Positions 50,432-62,111 of a DNA stretch of 64,000 nucleotides are shown here, piece by piece. How positions within the stretch are numbered: the stretch's first letter is position 1; each line of letters opens with the position of its first letter. Source of the DNA: Cercozoa sp. M6MM (lineage: Eukaryota > Protista > Endomyxa: Ascetosporea); the NCBI GenBank assembly GCA_040357565.1, contig JBDODJ010000059.1. The stretch is one strand, 5' to 3'. Below the pieces are notes generated by a model. That model saw nothing but the letters and a program-made list of their open reading frames with translations, ran no database searches and was not told where the DNA came from. Made by a program: the position numbers and the translations under genes.

Positions 50432-52964
50432 TCAACTTGACGTCTGTAGATCCTCCGACTCGGCCAAGTCTTGTTCGATCTGGATGAGAAGCGACTCGTG
50501 CGGATCGCCGCCGATCGGCACAACACGCAATGAGTCGGTCGGAATGTCAAGATCAAGTCGTGCCGGCATCTGCTGCGTGGGACAAAGGTCGGCTTTGAAC
50601 GCGACCTGCAGCAGGCAGCACACAGCATGCGACACTAGCTCGCTGAGGAACTGACTGCCCATGAGTTGAGCGGCACTTGCTGCAAACAGGCCATTGTCCC
50701 GACTGTCACCCTGAAAAAATCGGAACTCGAACGAAGAAGAACATGAAGTACAGTATAAGTTACCACAAAAGAATAAATTAGATTGGCGATTTCCACAGGA
50801 ACCACAGTGTCACCAAAGGTATCGTCGCACATACTCAGCAACAGTGCGCGCGAGTCTTGCTCGGCACGTGTCACAACTTGTTGCACGAGCTGCAACAACA
50901 TGTCCAGCAACAAGGCACGCTCTGCAGTCTCGCGGGTGTTGCCTCGTGGTCTCTTGTTCACCTCGGTGATCCCTGTATCGATACCCAGTCGTAGCATAAA
51001 TCAGGCTAGCATAAATCAGGCGACATTCAGAAAGATCACTGTGGCACTATCGATATCGATACCGGAGAGAACAAACATCCACAACAGCGCGTGAACTTCC
51101 TGGATCGAGTGCGACGACACCACGACACGCTCGCGTCGACGGTGCTTTTGCAGCAAGAGACGCTGCAGACGGAAGGCGTTCACCTGCAAAGTGGGTTCCC
51201 AGGCTTGTTGGGCACCTTGATGTGTCATGGCATGCGAGATCGTGCCGATGACTTGTGCGAGACCGTGTAGCGACTCACGTAGCTGAGACGAGTAGCGGAA
51301 CTCACACGACTCGCTGAGTGACCACAGTTTAACCGACTTGAGTTCCACGCCACCTACAGCACAAGTGGGTTCCAAAAAATAAAACATGGGTGTTAAGAAA
51401 GTAATGTACGCAACATTTGAAGCACTTGCATGGCACGATCGACGTCATCTGCTGAGGCATCGGCACATTGCGAGATGAAAGACTTTGCCATTTCCGGCAG
51501 TGATGCCAAGGCAGCGTGGATTCTGCCCTTGCCCTCCTCTGCACACCACACATCATGCGCTCTTATGCTAGTATACCATTGTGCCATACCAAGGAACGGC
51601 AGCAAGTGCGCCCACTCGGACAATGGTTGCGATCGCACACTCGTCAGAACCTCTTGAATACTGGTGACTCCCGTATGCATCCTCATCACTACAAGGCGTG
51701 GCACAGTGTAAGAACACATGACGTTGAGTGTTTAGACCAGTTAGGTACCGTCGACGATTGAGCCTCCAAGCGATAGACGACGTGCGCACCTGCCGCTCAC
51801 ATAGGCGCCAAAGTCAAAGTGCTGCACCACCTCATGCGTAACCAATAGGCCTGCATGCACAGACACACATTGATACAGTCCACGTGCAATGCTAAAGCAG
51901 CAAACTCACGAGCGAAAAGCGAAGTGTTGCGAAAGGCCACGGAGTCACCACGCGCATTAATCCGCTCCAGCATTTTCGTGTAGTCCATACGAATACGAGT
52001 GCCTTGACTGAGAAGCACAGCGTTCATGTCGCCGAACAGGTCTGCCTTGAAGCACAGACACGTCGTATGTACGCAGGAATTAAAAAGTAAACCCCGCTAC
52101 CAGAGTAATCAGGTGTCTCCATGTTGAGCGATGGTTTCACAAGCACGTACGGCAGCCATTCATGCAACGGTACGGTGCCACCTCTTCGTTGTACCATCTC
52201 GATGGCGCACCTCACTCGCTTGCGCACAAAGGCCGCCAGTTTATTCTACGCATAAGTATACTCGCTTGCCAACCCACAGTCTCATGCAAACTGATTGAAC
52301 GAAACAGTTTACTGAACAAGGCGACTCCTCAAAAAACTCCCAGCACGTGGTAGATTTCTTCAGATACATTAGGTGATCCAAATAATGTCGCAAGGCGAAC
52401 GCAGTAAGTACCAGCTTCGGCGACAGTGAGAACTCAAACTGCAAGTCGAATTCCTCCAAGCAGTGCACGAAATCCGGTTCACATGCATCTGAACCAAGCT
52501 CTTTCAGTTGTTTACAGAAAGGAAACAACTAATACCGGACAACGGGTCGTACAGCTTGGCTTCACACCACAGGAGGTACACCAGCGCGTTGGAAATTGCA
52601 TGTTTAAGCTACAAGGGTGTCTATTTTATTAAAATCGAACCGCCAACGATAAAACTGAGTTAGATACCTCAGCGACATTTTCAGTTGCCACCCTTCGAAG
52701 TGCACGCAAAGCGTAGTTCTAACCAACAAAATTCCCGTTGCTTTTCACAAAATAAACCGCAGTCTTATCGACATGCAAACCGTGATATCGTCGGAATGTT
52801 CGATCGAGGTTTGCACCCGCAGCATCCGGTGCGGCCATCCCTTGACTGCAACAGCAAAATAAAGCACTGGTACGCCGCAAGAGAGACAAAGTGAACGCAC
52901 CGAAGGCTTTCGCCAGGGTTGGAATACAGGTTTCCACACCGAGTTTGTATTTGTACAGCGGCAT
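50432..52964 (-). CDS. Hypothetical multi-exon protein; start approximate
   Basis: Chain of abutting minus-strand ORFs joined by short GT-AG introns (e.g. DYSGSG|ADLFGDMNAV). Possible late F-box-like motif VPVEIANLIYSF. Confidence 0.5.
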
Positions 52965-53272
52965 TAGACTAAAATTTCAGCTTAAAAACCGAAAAAGTGA
53001 CTAGAAACTGCCACATCCCCTTTTGCGTGTTTCTCTTTTTCTGTCTTTCCAAGAACGCTCCCCAAAAAGATCACGCATCTTGGTTTCCTTTGTTTAGGAG
53101 AGCGTTGTCAGACGTTTGGCAAGGCTCAATAAATAACCCAAAAGTATTAAAACCAATTTTAGTGCTTAAAGTGCTAGTGGAATAGAGAAGCTCCGAACTG
53201 TTTTTTTTTAAATTGCCTGCATCAATCATTATTTCGTTCCGGTCTCAGCCCGGAGGGCGAGTTCTGTGTTGA

Positions 53273-53343
53273 GTTCGATCTGAATGAGAAGCGACTCGTT
53301 TGGAACGCTGCCGATCGGCACAACACGCAATGAGTCGGTTGGA
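53273..53343 (-). repeat. Duplicated copy of the terminal coding segment 50473-50543
   Basis: 65/71 identical at an offset of exactly 2800 bp. Encodes PTDSLRVVPIGSVPNESLLIQIE vs PTDSLRVVPIGGDPHESLLIQIE. Confidence 0.85.
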
Positions 53344-53395
53344 TCGGGCCATTGAGCCGCAGTAACATATTGGTGGTGCATTAACTAATATGATA

Positions 53396-53463
53396 ACCCA
53401 CCCCAGACTGGTGCAGGGGAGCTACATAGTTGGTTTCCCAGAAGACTCAACTATCTAAACTAA
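53396..53463 (-). mobile_element. Short dispersed repeat, copy 2 (inverted)
   Basis: Reverse complement ttagtttagatagttgagtcttctgggaaaccaactatgtagctcccctgcaccagtctggggtgggt matches 17285-17354. Confidence 0.75.
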
Positions 53464-53573
53464 TATTTCGTTGACTGCTTGTGTCGAACATCACCATTGT
53501 CCGCATCGATGTGTGGCCGATCGAATCAAAAGCAGCAGCTGACTGGGGGCAGCGCAGGTCTAACACAGTGTCG

Positions 53574-54424
53574 TCAGTTGTTGAGCGCCGAAGGCACGGC
53601 GTCACGTCGCAGCATGCGACGCAGGTGCGCTACACTGACGTCCGAGTCGGACGGTGCTGTTGTGGAGACCGGAACTCCCGGTGCCGGCTCAGTGACAGGC
53701 ACAGCGACTGCAGGTGCTGTACTGTTGATAAGAGGCGTCGCAGTCACCGAGTGACAGGCACTGACACTGACACTGTGAACACTAGGCGCGCGCGGCGACA
53801 CAAAGGCCTGCGACACGTCCTCGTACACGGAGGACGAGTGCGCGGACGGCTGCTGCAGTCGCAGCCTGCAACAAGGTCAGTACACATACAGACAGATACC
53901 AGGGTAGGTGACAGACTAGCTGACAGGGTACAGTCCAGTCAGACTGGCCGACAGGTCGGACAGGTCGGAAGCGGCCACACTCACAGCGTCGTACTGATGA
54001 ACACCCGTGAGAGACAGCATGAGAAAGGAAACACACACACACAAAGGATTTACACTGCGCGACGTGTGCTCACCCAGCGGTGGCAACACGGCCGACGATA
54101 GCTGCTCTTCTTCGGCAACTATGAGCAGTGTTAGAAGCCAAACTAATTCAGAGTTAACTGCAAAGCACCCGGTCTACGCCTTCTTCGGCGTCGCTTCGTC
54201 TGTTCAAATCACAAGACGAAATCACAAGACGAAATCAAAGAGACGTGTCCACTGCCCAGCACAGTGACACAACTAAGCACTACCGGACTGTCAGTTGAAT
54301 ACGTCGTCAGCAGCTTGTGAAAGAAAGAGTCGTGCGGCGACTCGACGTACGAGCGCGCCAGTCGCATTCGCGCTGCTCTTGAAGCCTGCCACAGGATACA
54401 GCCACAAGATACAGCAAGTCGCAA
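53574..54424 (-). CDS. Hypothetical protein (Pro/Thr/Val-rich C-terminus)
   Basis: GC-rich exon-like ORFs 54209-54424 and 53574-53828 with GT-AG boundaries. Confidence 0.35.
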
Positions 54425-54677
54425 TCAAAGTTAAAACAACACTGTTTCAGTCGAAAACTTCAGTTTTAATTTGCGGAACCACAACGTAAAATTCTGCGAA
54501 ACAATCATCGCGAATTAGTGTTTTAGGAAATAGTTTTGAGAAATGAAAGCCAACCAAAAACAGATCAAAGTGACCCAAATTCTGCGAACCAATCTTAGTT
54601 TTTTAGATATTGAGAAAAGAATGAAAACCAACCAAAAACTGATCAAAGTGACCAAAATTGAACACGATAACGAGTGC

Positions 54678-55049
54678 CTAGCAGAAACAGAAAAAACTTA
54701 CAGCACGTGGACGAACACCGTGTGGCATGTCGTTGCCGTCAGTGTCACAAACCAGCGCAGCAGGTGGAGAAACCACTTTGACTGAATTGGCCGCAGCAGA
54801 CGAAGCTGTGGTACTCCTGTCGTCGCATTCAGTCCGTTCGTTCAAACATGGTGAGTTGGAACCGCTGGCAGCAGCTCCTCCAGTTGTTGCGCTTGAATCA
54901 CTCAAGTTTCCCAGGGCTTTCTTTTGATCGCCTGAAGCGTTGGGAGAAACGCTTCCGCGTGAAGCAGTCAGTTTAATGATACCGACCACTGCGGTCAGCG
55001 CGCCAATCGTGAGTAGCACCAGAGGCGACACCGCCGCAGACACCGCCAT
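54678..55049 (-). CDS. Small hypothetical protein with N-terminal TM/signal anchor
   Basis: MAVSAAVSPLVLLTIGALTAVVGIIKL followed by a Ser/Ala-rich tail. Confidence 0.45.
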   Translation of the reverse strand: MAVSAAVSPLVLLTIGALTAVVGIIKLTASRGSVSPNASGDQKKALGNLSDSSATTGGAAASGSNSPCLNERTECDDRSTTASSAAANSVKVVSPPAALVCDTDGNDMPHGVRPRAVSFFCFC

Positions 55050-55785
55050 AACACGAGGGCGGCGTCAAACCGATGATCTCCTCAAAAGATGCCGCCACCC
55101 AGCACGAAACAGACTGCAAGCTGTTCCACACTGTCACACGAAGTCAGCAGGCGCGTACGCACACGGCTGTGCTCTCAATCGATCGTTTGAATTATTGCGA
55201 GCCGGAGCTACAGTAAAGACAGAATTCTGAGCCAGAAATAATCTCGCCGACCCTGATTGAGCTACTTGGCGTGTTTAGAGCATCTGACAGTTTATGACAC
55301 TATAACGCAAAGACCCAGACCAGGACTTGATAGAATCATGCGACAATCAGTTGTGCCGAACCTGCACGTGCCAAGTGCAAGCTGAGCGCAGCGTTTGACA
55401 AAACTCTGGCCCACACCTGCTGCTTGCCTGAGGTGTCCGGCGCTAATGCGATGGTATAAAAGCAGCGAAACGTGTTTTAGAAACTCATACACTGAGACAG
55501 ACAAGTACGACAAGCAGCTTAGGCCATCGCATCATCGGATACGACCTGCAAAGTGTGTCGACAACAGATTTATCTGTCAGTCTTGTGGCCTGTAGCACGC
55601 GTACGTAGGTGTGATAATTTGTATGCGTGTGTGTGTCAGTTGTAGAGGAAGATAACCACTGCTAAAAGAAGAAAACGAAAGTAGAGAAAACTTGAGAGAA
55701 AACTGAAAGGAGAAGAAAAGATAAAAAAGAAAAAAACCAACACTCGCTGGCACAAAAACACAAAGCTAACGAAATAACTGAAACG

Positions 55786-58700
55786 ATGAGAGCGATTCTG
55801 TCTCTCGTCGTGCTGCTGCTGACGCTCGTTCAAACGGCAAGTGCTGCTGGAAAGCCGCCGGGTCAGGGTGCCAAGCTGCATGAAACGCGAATCACACAAC
55901 TTGTGCAAGGTGTGTTCCTGCTATTTATGCAGCAAACCTTTTACCTTGTTTCTCGGACATGCATGTGCAGAGAACGCCAACTTGAGTACTGTGAATCCCT
56001 AATCAATGTGCATATTCTACAAAGTACTCCTGTCCTTGTGTCCACAGAAAGCGAACTGCAGCAACTACAACGCTCATTGTCTGCTTTTGAAGAGTGTTCT
56101 GCACAGTCGCGTACCCCAACTAACGCCTTCTTTTTTTTTTTAAATAGTTGAGTCATTGTCCGTGTGTTTGTCTGTCGCTTGGTGCAGAGGGTCTTCGGGC
56201 GCAAAACGCTGACTTGGTAAGTCTGACTGTCTGCCGATTGCGGATTGATCATTTTTGGTTATGGTTGATGCGTTCAGACGCACCAACTGCAAACGTTGCA
56301 GCAAAAACATGAAGGAAAGTTAGCAGGTACAGCATTTCAACCCTCTCCGGTACATGTTTGAGATTTGCATTTGCGGTGGTCAGAGCAAGAAGATGCAGTG
56401 CGACAAGTGCTATGTACATCAGGCCTCTCATCGCAATGTGACACAGCTTTTTGTATGTGTCTGTGTTGTTGAGCAGTGGAGAACAAGAAACTGCATGGCC
56501 AGTTGCAACAGGCAGCGCAGGCAGCCGAAGGTACACTCCTCTTCAGCTCCCAAATTACCTCACACACCGCTCAATTTGATACTGTAAAAGAAAATGCGCG
56601 TCTCAAGCTAGCACTGACCGAATCGGTACAATCTTCTTCTTCAAAGTGCTATCATCATTTCCATCTCATCTGCTCTCGACACGTAGGAAGCGAAACGTCA
56701 ACAAGGTACCCAGCTACCCAAATAAAAGTGCAGGGAGGCTGTTTCAGGTATTTGATATTTGCCTCACTCCATCCTGTGCCAGAGAAAGACGAGACACGAG
56801 CGGAGCTTACACAATTGCAAGGCAAACTCGTGGACCTGCAGCGGAGTCTGACCGAGCAAACTGCCTGTCAAACTGAACTGGATACCCTAAAAGCTCGTAC
56901 GTTTCCTCCACTTCGAGTTCCTTAAAGTTCTAGGTGGTGTCTGTGAGTGTCCTGTCTCCTTTGACTTACATCGACAACACACTCGTATCCTGCACAGATC
57001 TGGACACTCTGCAGCAAGAAAAGACCTCCGTGGACGAAGAACTGCATGCCTGTCAGGGTACTGCTGTTTTTTAGTTAGATAAAGAGAGGCACCTTCCTGC
57101 AGCCACACATGCTATTGAAGAAAAACAACTTCGTCTAAAAAACGAAGAGTTCGGTCAGTTTTTCCTTTAATCTTAATTCGATGAATCGAGACTGTACATT
57201 TACCACGTGGAGACAGAAGCCTCACTCCAGCGACGTGGCGCGGAATTGCAGCAGAGTCTGACCGAGCGAACCGCCTGTCAAACTGAGCTGGAGAACCTAC
57301 GAGCTCGTCCGTTTCCTCCACTTCGAGTTCCTTAAAGTTCTAGGTGGTGTCTGTGAGTGCTCAACATTTTGTAGAGTTCAACGATGCCACTCGTGGGCAT
57401 GAAACGAAGTGCACTGCCCAAGATGCCCGTACGAGTTGTTTTGTTCTTAATTTTATCGCAGGTCGCATGCTAAGCGTGCGTGTTCCACAGGCCTGCGAGA
57501 ACTTACAGAAGAACTGGCACACGCTGTAAGTTTACCGTGTGTCTACCCGTATCTGGTATATCCGTACTGTTTTGTGTTCTGCAGCGTGCCTCAACCGACG
57601 AGGCATCGACGAGTATTTTTGCTTTCTGATTCACTGCGTGTTTTACGAAGCGATAACTTTTTTGAGCGCAGAGGCACGCGAGTTTGATCTGCAAAATACT
57701 GATCTGCAAAGCGAGCTCGGTAGCTTTCTTCTCCTCTGTAGCGATTACAACCTGCCGGTACCAGTGAGTTGAATTGACGAAACTCGTGGTGTCAACTCGT
57801 AGCTCGAAAGAACGCTCAAACAGATGAGCTCACTCAACAACTTGCAGCCAAGGTACTAATTGATTTTGCTTGTGTGAATTGACATGCCGTGTGGTGACAC
57901 AGACTGGAGAGTGTGCGACTCAGCTCACCCGTACTCATTTTCGGTCAAGTTGCTCAGCACCGGTTGTGTGCGTACCTATTTTGGCGTAGATATCGAAGAG
58001 CAACAGCAGCAGCTGGAGACACTCCGTGCCACTCGTACACTTGTTGTCCACTGACCTACCATGTGCACGTGTTGTTTCCGGATGTGCGACAGTCGGCGAA
58101 CTGGAGAAGCAACTTGGTGAGTCCAAGGACGGTCGAGACAATCTCGAAACCGAACTTCGGGATGCACGTAAATGCTCGATTTACTCCTCGCATGTCTTTC
58201 TCCGATCGGTTCACTTCGTGAGATGGCAGGAACGGCACTCCAGCGATGTCAGGACGAACTGCAGCAAAGCCAAACCGAACTGAAGAAACTGCATGTCTTT
58301 TGTGAGGGTGCAAATAAACACAACGCATGCGAATACTGTATGGTTTTTTCTGTAGACAAGGAGCGAGACTACTTGAAGGAATTAGAGGGACTACAAGCAG
58401 AACTGAAGACTGCCACCAGAGATCTAGAAGGTTACCTTAGCTCTCTTTCAAGTCCTTTTCTGTCTGGTCGCACTAGTTGACACAAGCACAGAAAAGACTC
58501 GCTCGGAACGCACACTAACCGACAAGGTCACTGGACTCGAGGCAGTTCTGGCCGACACCGAGGCCACACATGGAACGACGTGTGCTGCCCAACGTGAGGG
58601 TAGATACAAACTCACTGTTTCACTGTTTGCATACATAAACATACGGTTTACCTTGTCAGTCGTGCAAGGACTCCAACAAGAACTTGCAGCTGTGGTGCGC

Positions 58701-61700
58701 TTTCTTCATGTGTGTGATGTATTTGTGACTTTTGTGTACAGCGCGAAGAGATTACCATGGCTGCTACTACGGCGGAAGAGGATATCCAGACCTTGCAACG
58801 AAATCTGGGTATCCCTGCTGTGTCTTGTTTTCCCATCTCTACCTCATTTTCGTTGTACTTTCTCGCACAGACGCGGAAACTGCAAAGGTAGCAGAGCTCG
58901 ACGTTGAATTACAGCAGCTCCGACGCGATTTGCAACAATGCCGAGCGGGTACCTGGTCATACTTTGTTCCTGCAAACTTCTGAGCTTTCTATCTGTCTTT
59001 ATTCTGTCAGAGAACGACGCAGCCAAGCAGCAACTCGGCAGCATTCAGGTCACTGTGTCGCAAAAGGACCGGCAACTTAGCGAACAAAAAGCTCAGTTCG
59101 CCTCCAAGGAACATAGTAAATTCTAACTAGACGCAGTATAAATATACAAACTCGTTAAGTGTGTCGATACTGTCGGTGTGCGTGTGCAGGTTACCAACAA
59201 GAACTGCGGCAGTGCCGAGCGGGTGCGTGCTCCCACACAAGTTTCAGTTGCTAGACTGTACCTCCCTGGTTTGATCCTGTGTGCAGAGAACAACGACATG
59301 AAGCGGCGGTTGGCGACACAGGAACTCAGTGCGAGAGAGAAAGAACGCGACCTGGCAGAGCTGCAAGCGCAACACGCTTCCGAGATACGGCGTACCTCGT
59401 TTGCATTGCTCTAACACGTGTAAACTGAAAGTGCTATGTCTTTGCAGGTTTACAACGAAGCTTGGAAGAGCAAACCAAAGTTGTAAACTGCTTTAGTTCT
59501 CTTAAACAAATGGGCAGTTAATTCCCCTTGTTTTGCAGGCTGACACGCAACGAAAAGCGTATAGAGGTACCTACTTGAGGTTTTTCCCAGTACATACCGA
59601 CATTGTGTATTTCGTCAGAAACTCACGCTGCCCAAACGCGATGCAAGGCCGAACTGGCCCAAAAGTCGAAGCAACTGACTGAGTCGGCAATTGAAGTGCA
59701 GCGACTGCAGAGAGAAAACGCACAGCTACAAGACCGTTGCAGAGCTGTGGTAGCGTGTACTTTTATATACATACAAATTGATATATATATATATATATAT
59801 ATTATATATAAACTTATATAAACTTATATGATTTTATAAATGATTTTGCATGTGCATCAGGGAGAACAAGAGGAGATGTGCGCGGCTCACGCTGCCGGTA
59901 CGTTTTTAAAGTTACAATCGAGTATGTTTAAAGGTACGAAATTTTAGTTCTTGCCGAACGTGACGCCGAACTGACCGAGTGTCGCTCCAAGATCGAAGAA
60001 CTCGAAAAACACCTCGGCACAGCACACACAGGTACTTTACTTAGTCGCCGTGACTAATTGCAGTGAGGTGCCTAAGTGCTTATGTTAGAGAACGACCTGC
60101 TCAAGGGAAAGCACACGCAACTTCAGCAAGAAGTCGAGGGTAAACTACATAGTCAAGTGTGTAAATTGATGTGCAACATGTGTGCATGAATGCATGTGTA
60201 CTGTACTGTACCAACTGCAGAACGCAAGCAAGGATATGACATCCTGAACCACAGACTCATCTTGGCACAACAAAGTGAGTAACCTGTAGTGTATTTCCAA
60301 TTCCCAAACACACATGTTCACAGATCTGGATGAAACACGCACTGCGTTACTCGAACGCGAGCGAGGTAGCCTTGTTTCCAGCCTAAGTCTAACCATCCAA
60401 AAGGGTTTCTTCCCAGAAACCGAACCTCTGCGTGACGCACTCGCTCAGTTGCAGCAGCAACTGAAAGGTACACACTCGCTGTGTTAACTGTGTAAACTAC
60501 AATCCTTGAAACAGACAAGGAACGACAGTGCGTTGAACGAGACACAGCGGTTCTCTTTTTCCGAACTGCACATTCATGTGCAATACTATCACTAACTTCT
60601 CCGTGCATTTAGAGCAAAGCACATGAAGCACGTGCCGCTCGGTGCGAAAAGGAACTCCAGCAACTGCAAGCCCAGTCCAAGAGAGTAAACAGTGAATTTG
60701 CTTGTCGCTTTATTGCACATCCTGTGTCTGACAGGCCGCCAAGGAACTAGAAGAACTCAGAAAGCAGAAGACGGCGCACGAGGAAGCACTTAAAAACTTC
60801 GAAGGACAACTCGCGGCAGCCTCAGACACCTTAGAAGAGGTAGAGATTTCTGGTAGTTGTCTACTATATTGCTGTCATGCGTGTGCAGAAAATGGCACAA
60901 ATGGAACGTGTTACCAACACCAAGGTACGCTCGCTTTATTCTGCCTGCGTATTTCTGTTCATGTTTTTTCGGGGTCCACAGGTACGCCTCGCAGAGGAAC
61001 GCATGAAGGAGGCTCAGCGAGGTCTCCTTTTGAAAGCAACTTCTAAATTTATTAAGAATTTACTCAATATTCCTTCATGTTGCAGCCGTGCAAAGAATTC
61101 AAACTGAACTTCGTGAGAGTCAAAAAGAAAAAACTGAGTGTCAAACTCGACTGCAAACTGTACAAGCTGGTAAAAATAATCAAGCCACCATGTATCTGAA
61201 GTACTGCCATACCGAACAATGCATGAATAAACCTGCTGGTATAACAGAGCTTGCTGATGCCACGCGCGGTCATGTGGCAACTTGCACCGCCCAAAAGACG
61301 CGTATCACACTCACTAACATTCCAAACCAGTATCTATCTCGATGTTTGAGTGTGTTCAGTTATTCGACAACTCGAAGAAACCAACCGACGAGTCTCCAAC
61401 GTTGAAGATCAACTGGCAGCTTCAAATACAACACTTGAGCAGTGTCAGGGCCGACTCAAGACCCAAAGCGAAGAATGTGCTGCCTTGCAGAAGCGTCGCA
61501 CTCTCTTTTCCAGGGACATTGTGGTTTCTGTCAGCGTGCTTTTATGTTTGTTGTACCTGCGCAGACGCGGAAGCACTAAACGAAGAACTCGCAACTGCCG
61601 TGAGTTTTCTCTTCCACGTGCTGCACATGAGTATTCAGAGGAAATTGTTCTAACAGCGTCAGCAAGTGACCACACTGGAAGCACGTGTCGTTGAGAAGGA

Positions 61701-61995
61701 AAAGGAACTTCAAACTTGTCAGGGTATGCCAGTTGGTCGTTTTTTGCTACAACTTTAACTCGACCCGCATTTTTGAATCAATAGACGTACTCGAGCAATG
61801 TCGGGTTGAAGTGGAAACTCAACGTGCAACAACGGAAGGACTCCACAAGGATCTCGCAGCTGCTGTATCTGTCACTTTGTCTTATGTACGTTTAGCATAC
61901 TCGAACCTGAAACAGCAAACGAAAATCACTGGCAAGGACGAGGAACTGCATGACCGCCAGGGTACTGCTGTTTATCAATTTAAAGAAAGAGAGAG

Positions 61996-62044
<49 letters not shown>

Positions 62045-62054
62045 NNNNNNNNNN

Positions 62055-62111
<57 letters not shown>

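Noticed and set aside
50432-52964. Abutting ORFs suggesting stop-codon reassignment or a pseudogene
   Set aside because: The break I traced is explained by a short GT-AG intron and the others look similar. Conserved genes in the window end in TAA, TAG and TGA normally.
58285-58360. Possible non-canonical (AT or GC) donor in the coiled-coil gene
   Set aside because: In-frame canonical GT-AG alternatives exist.
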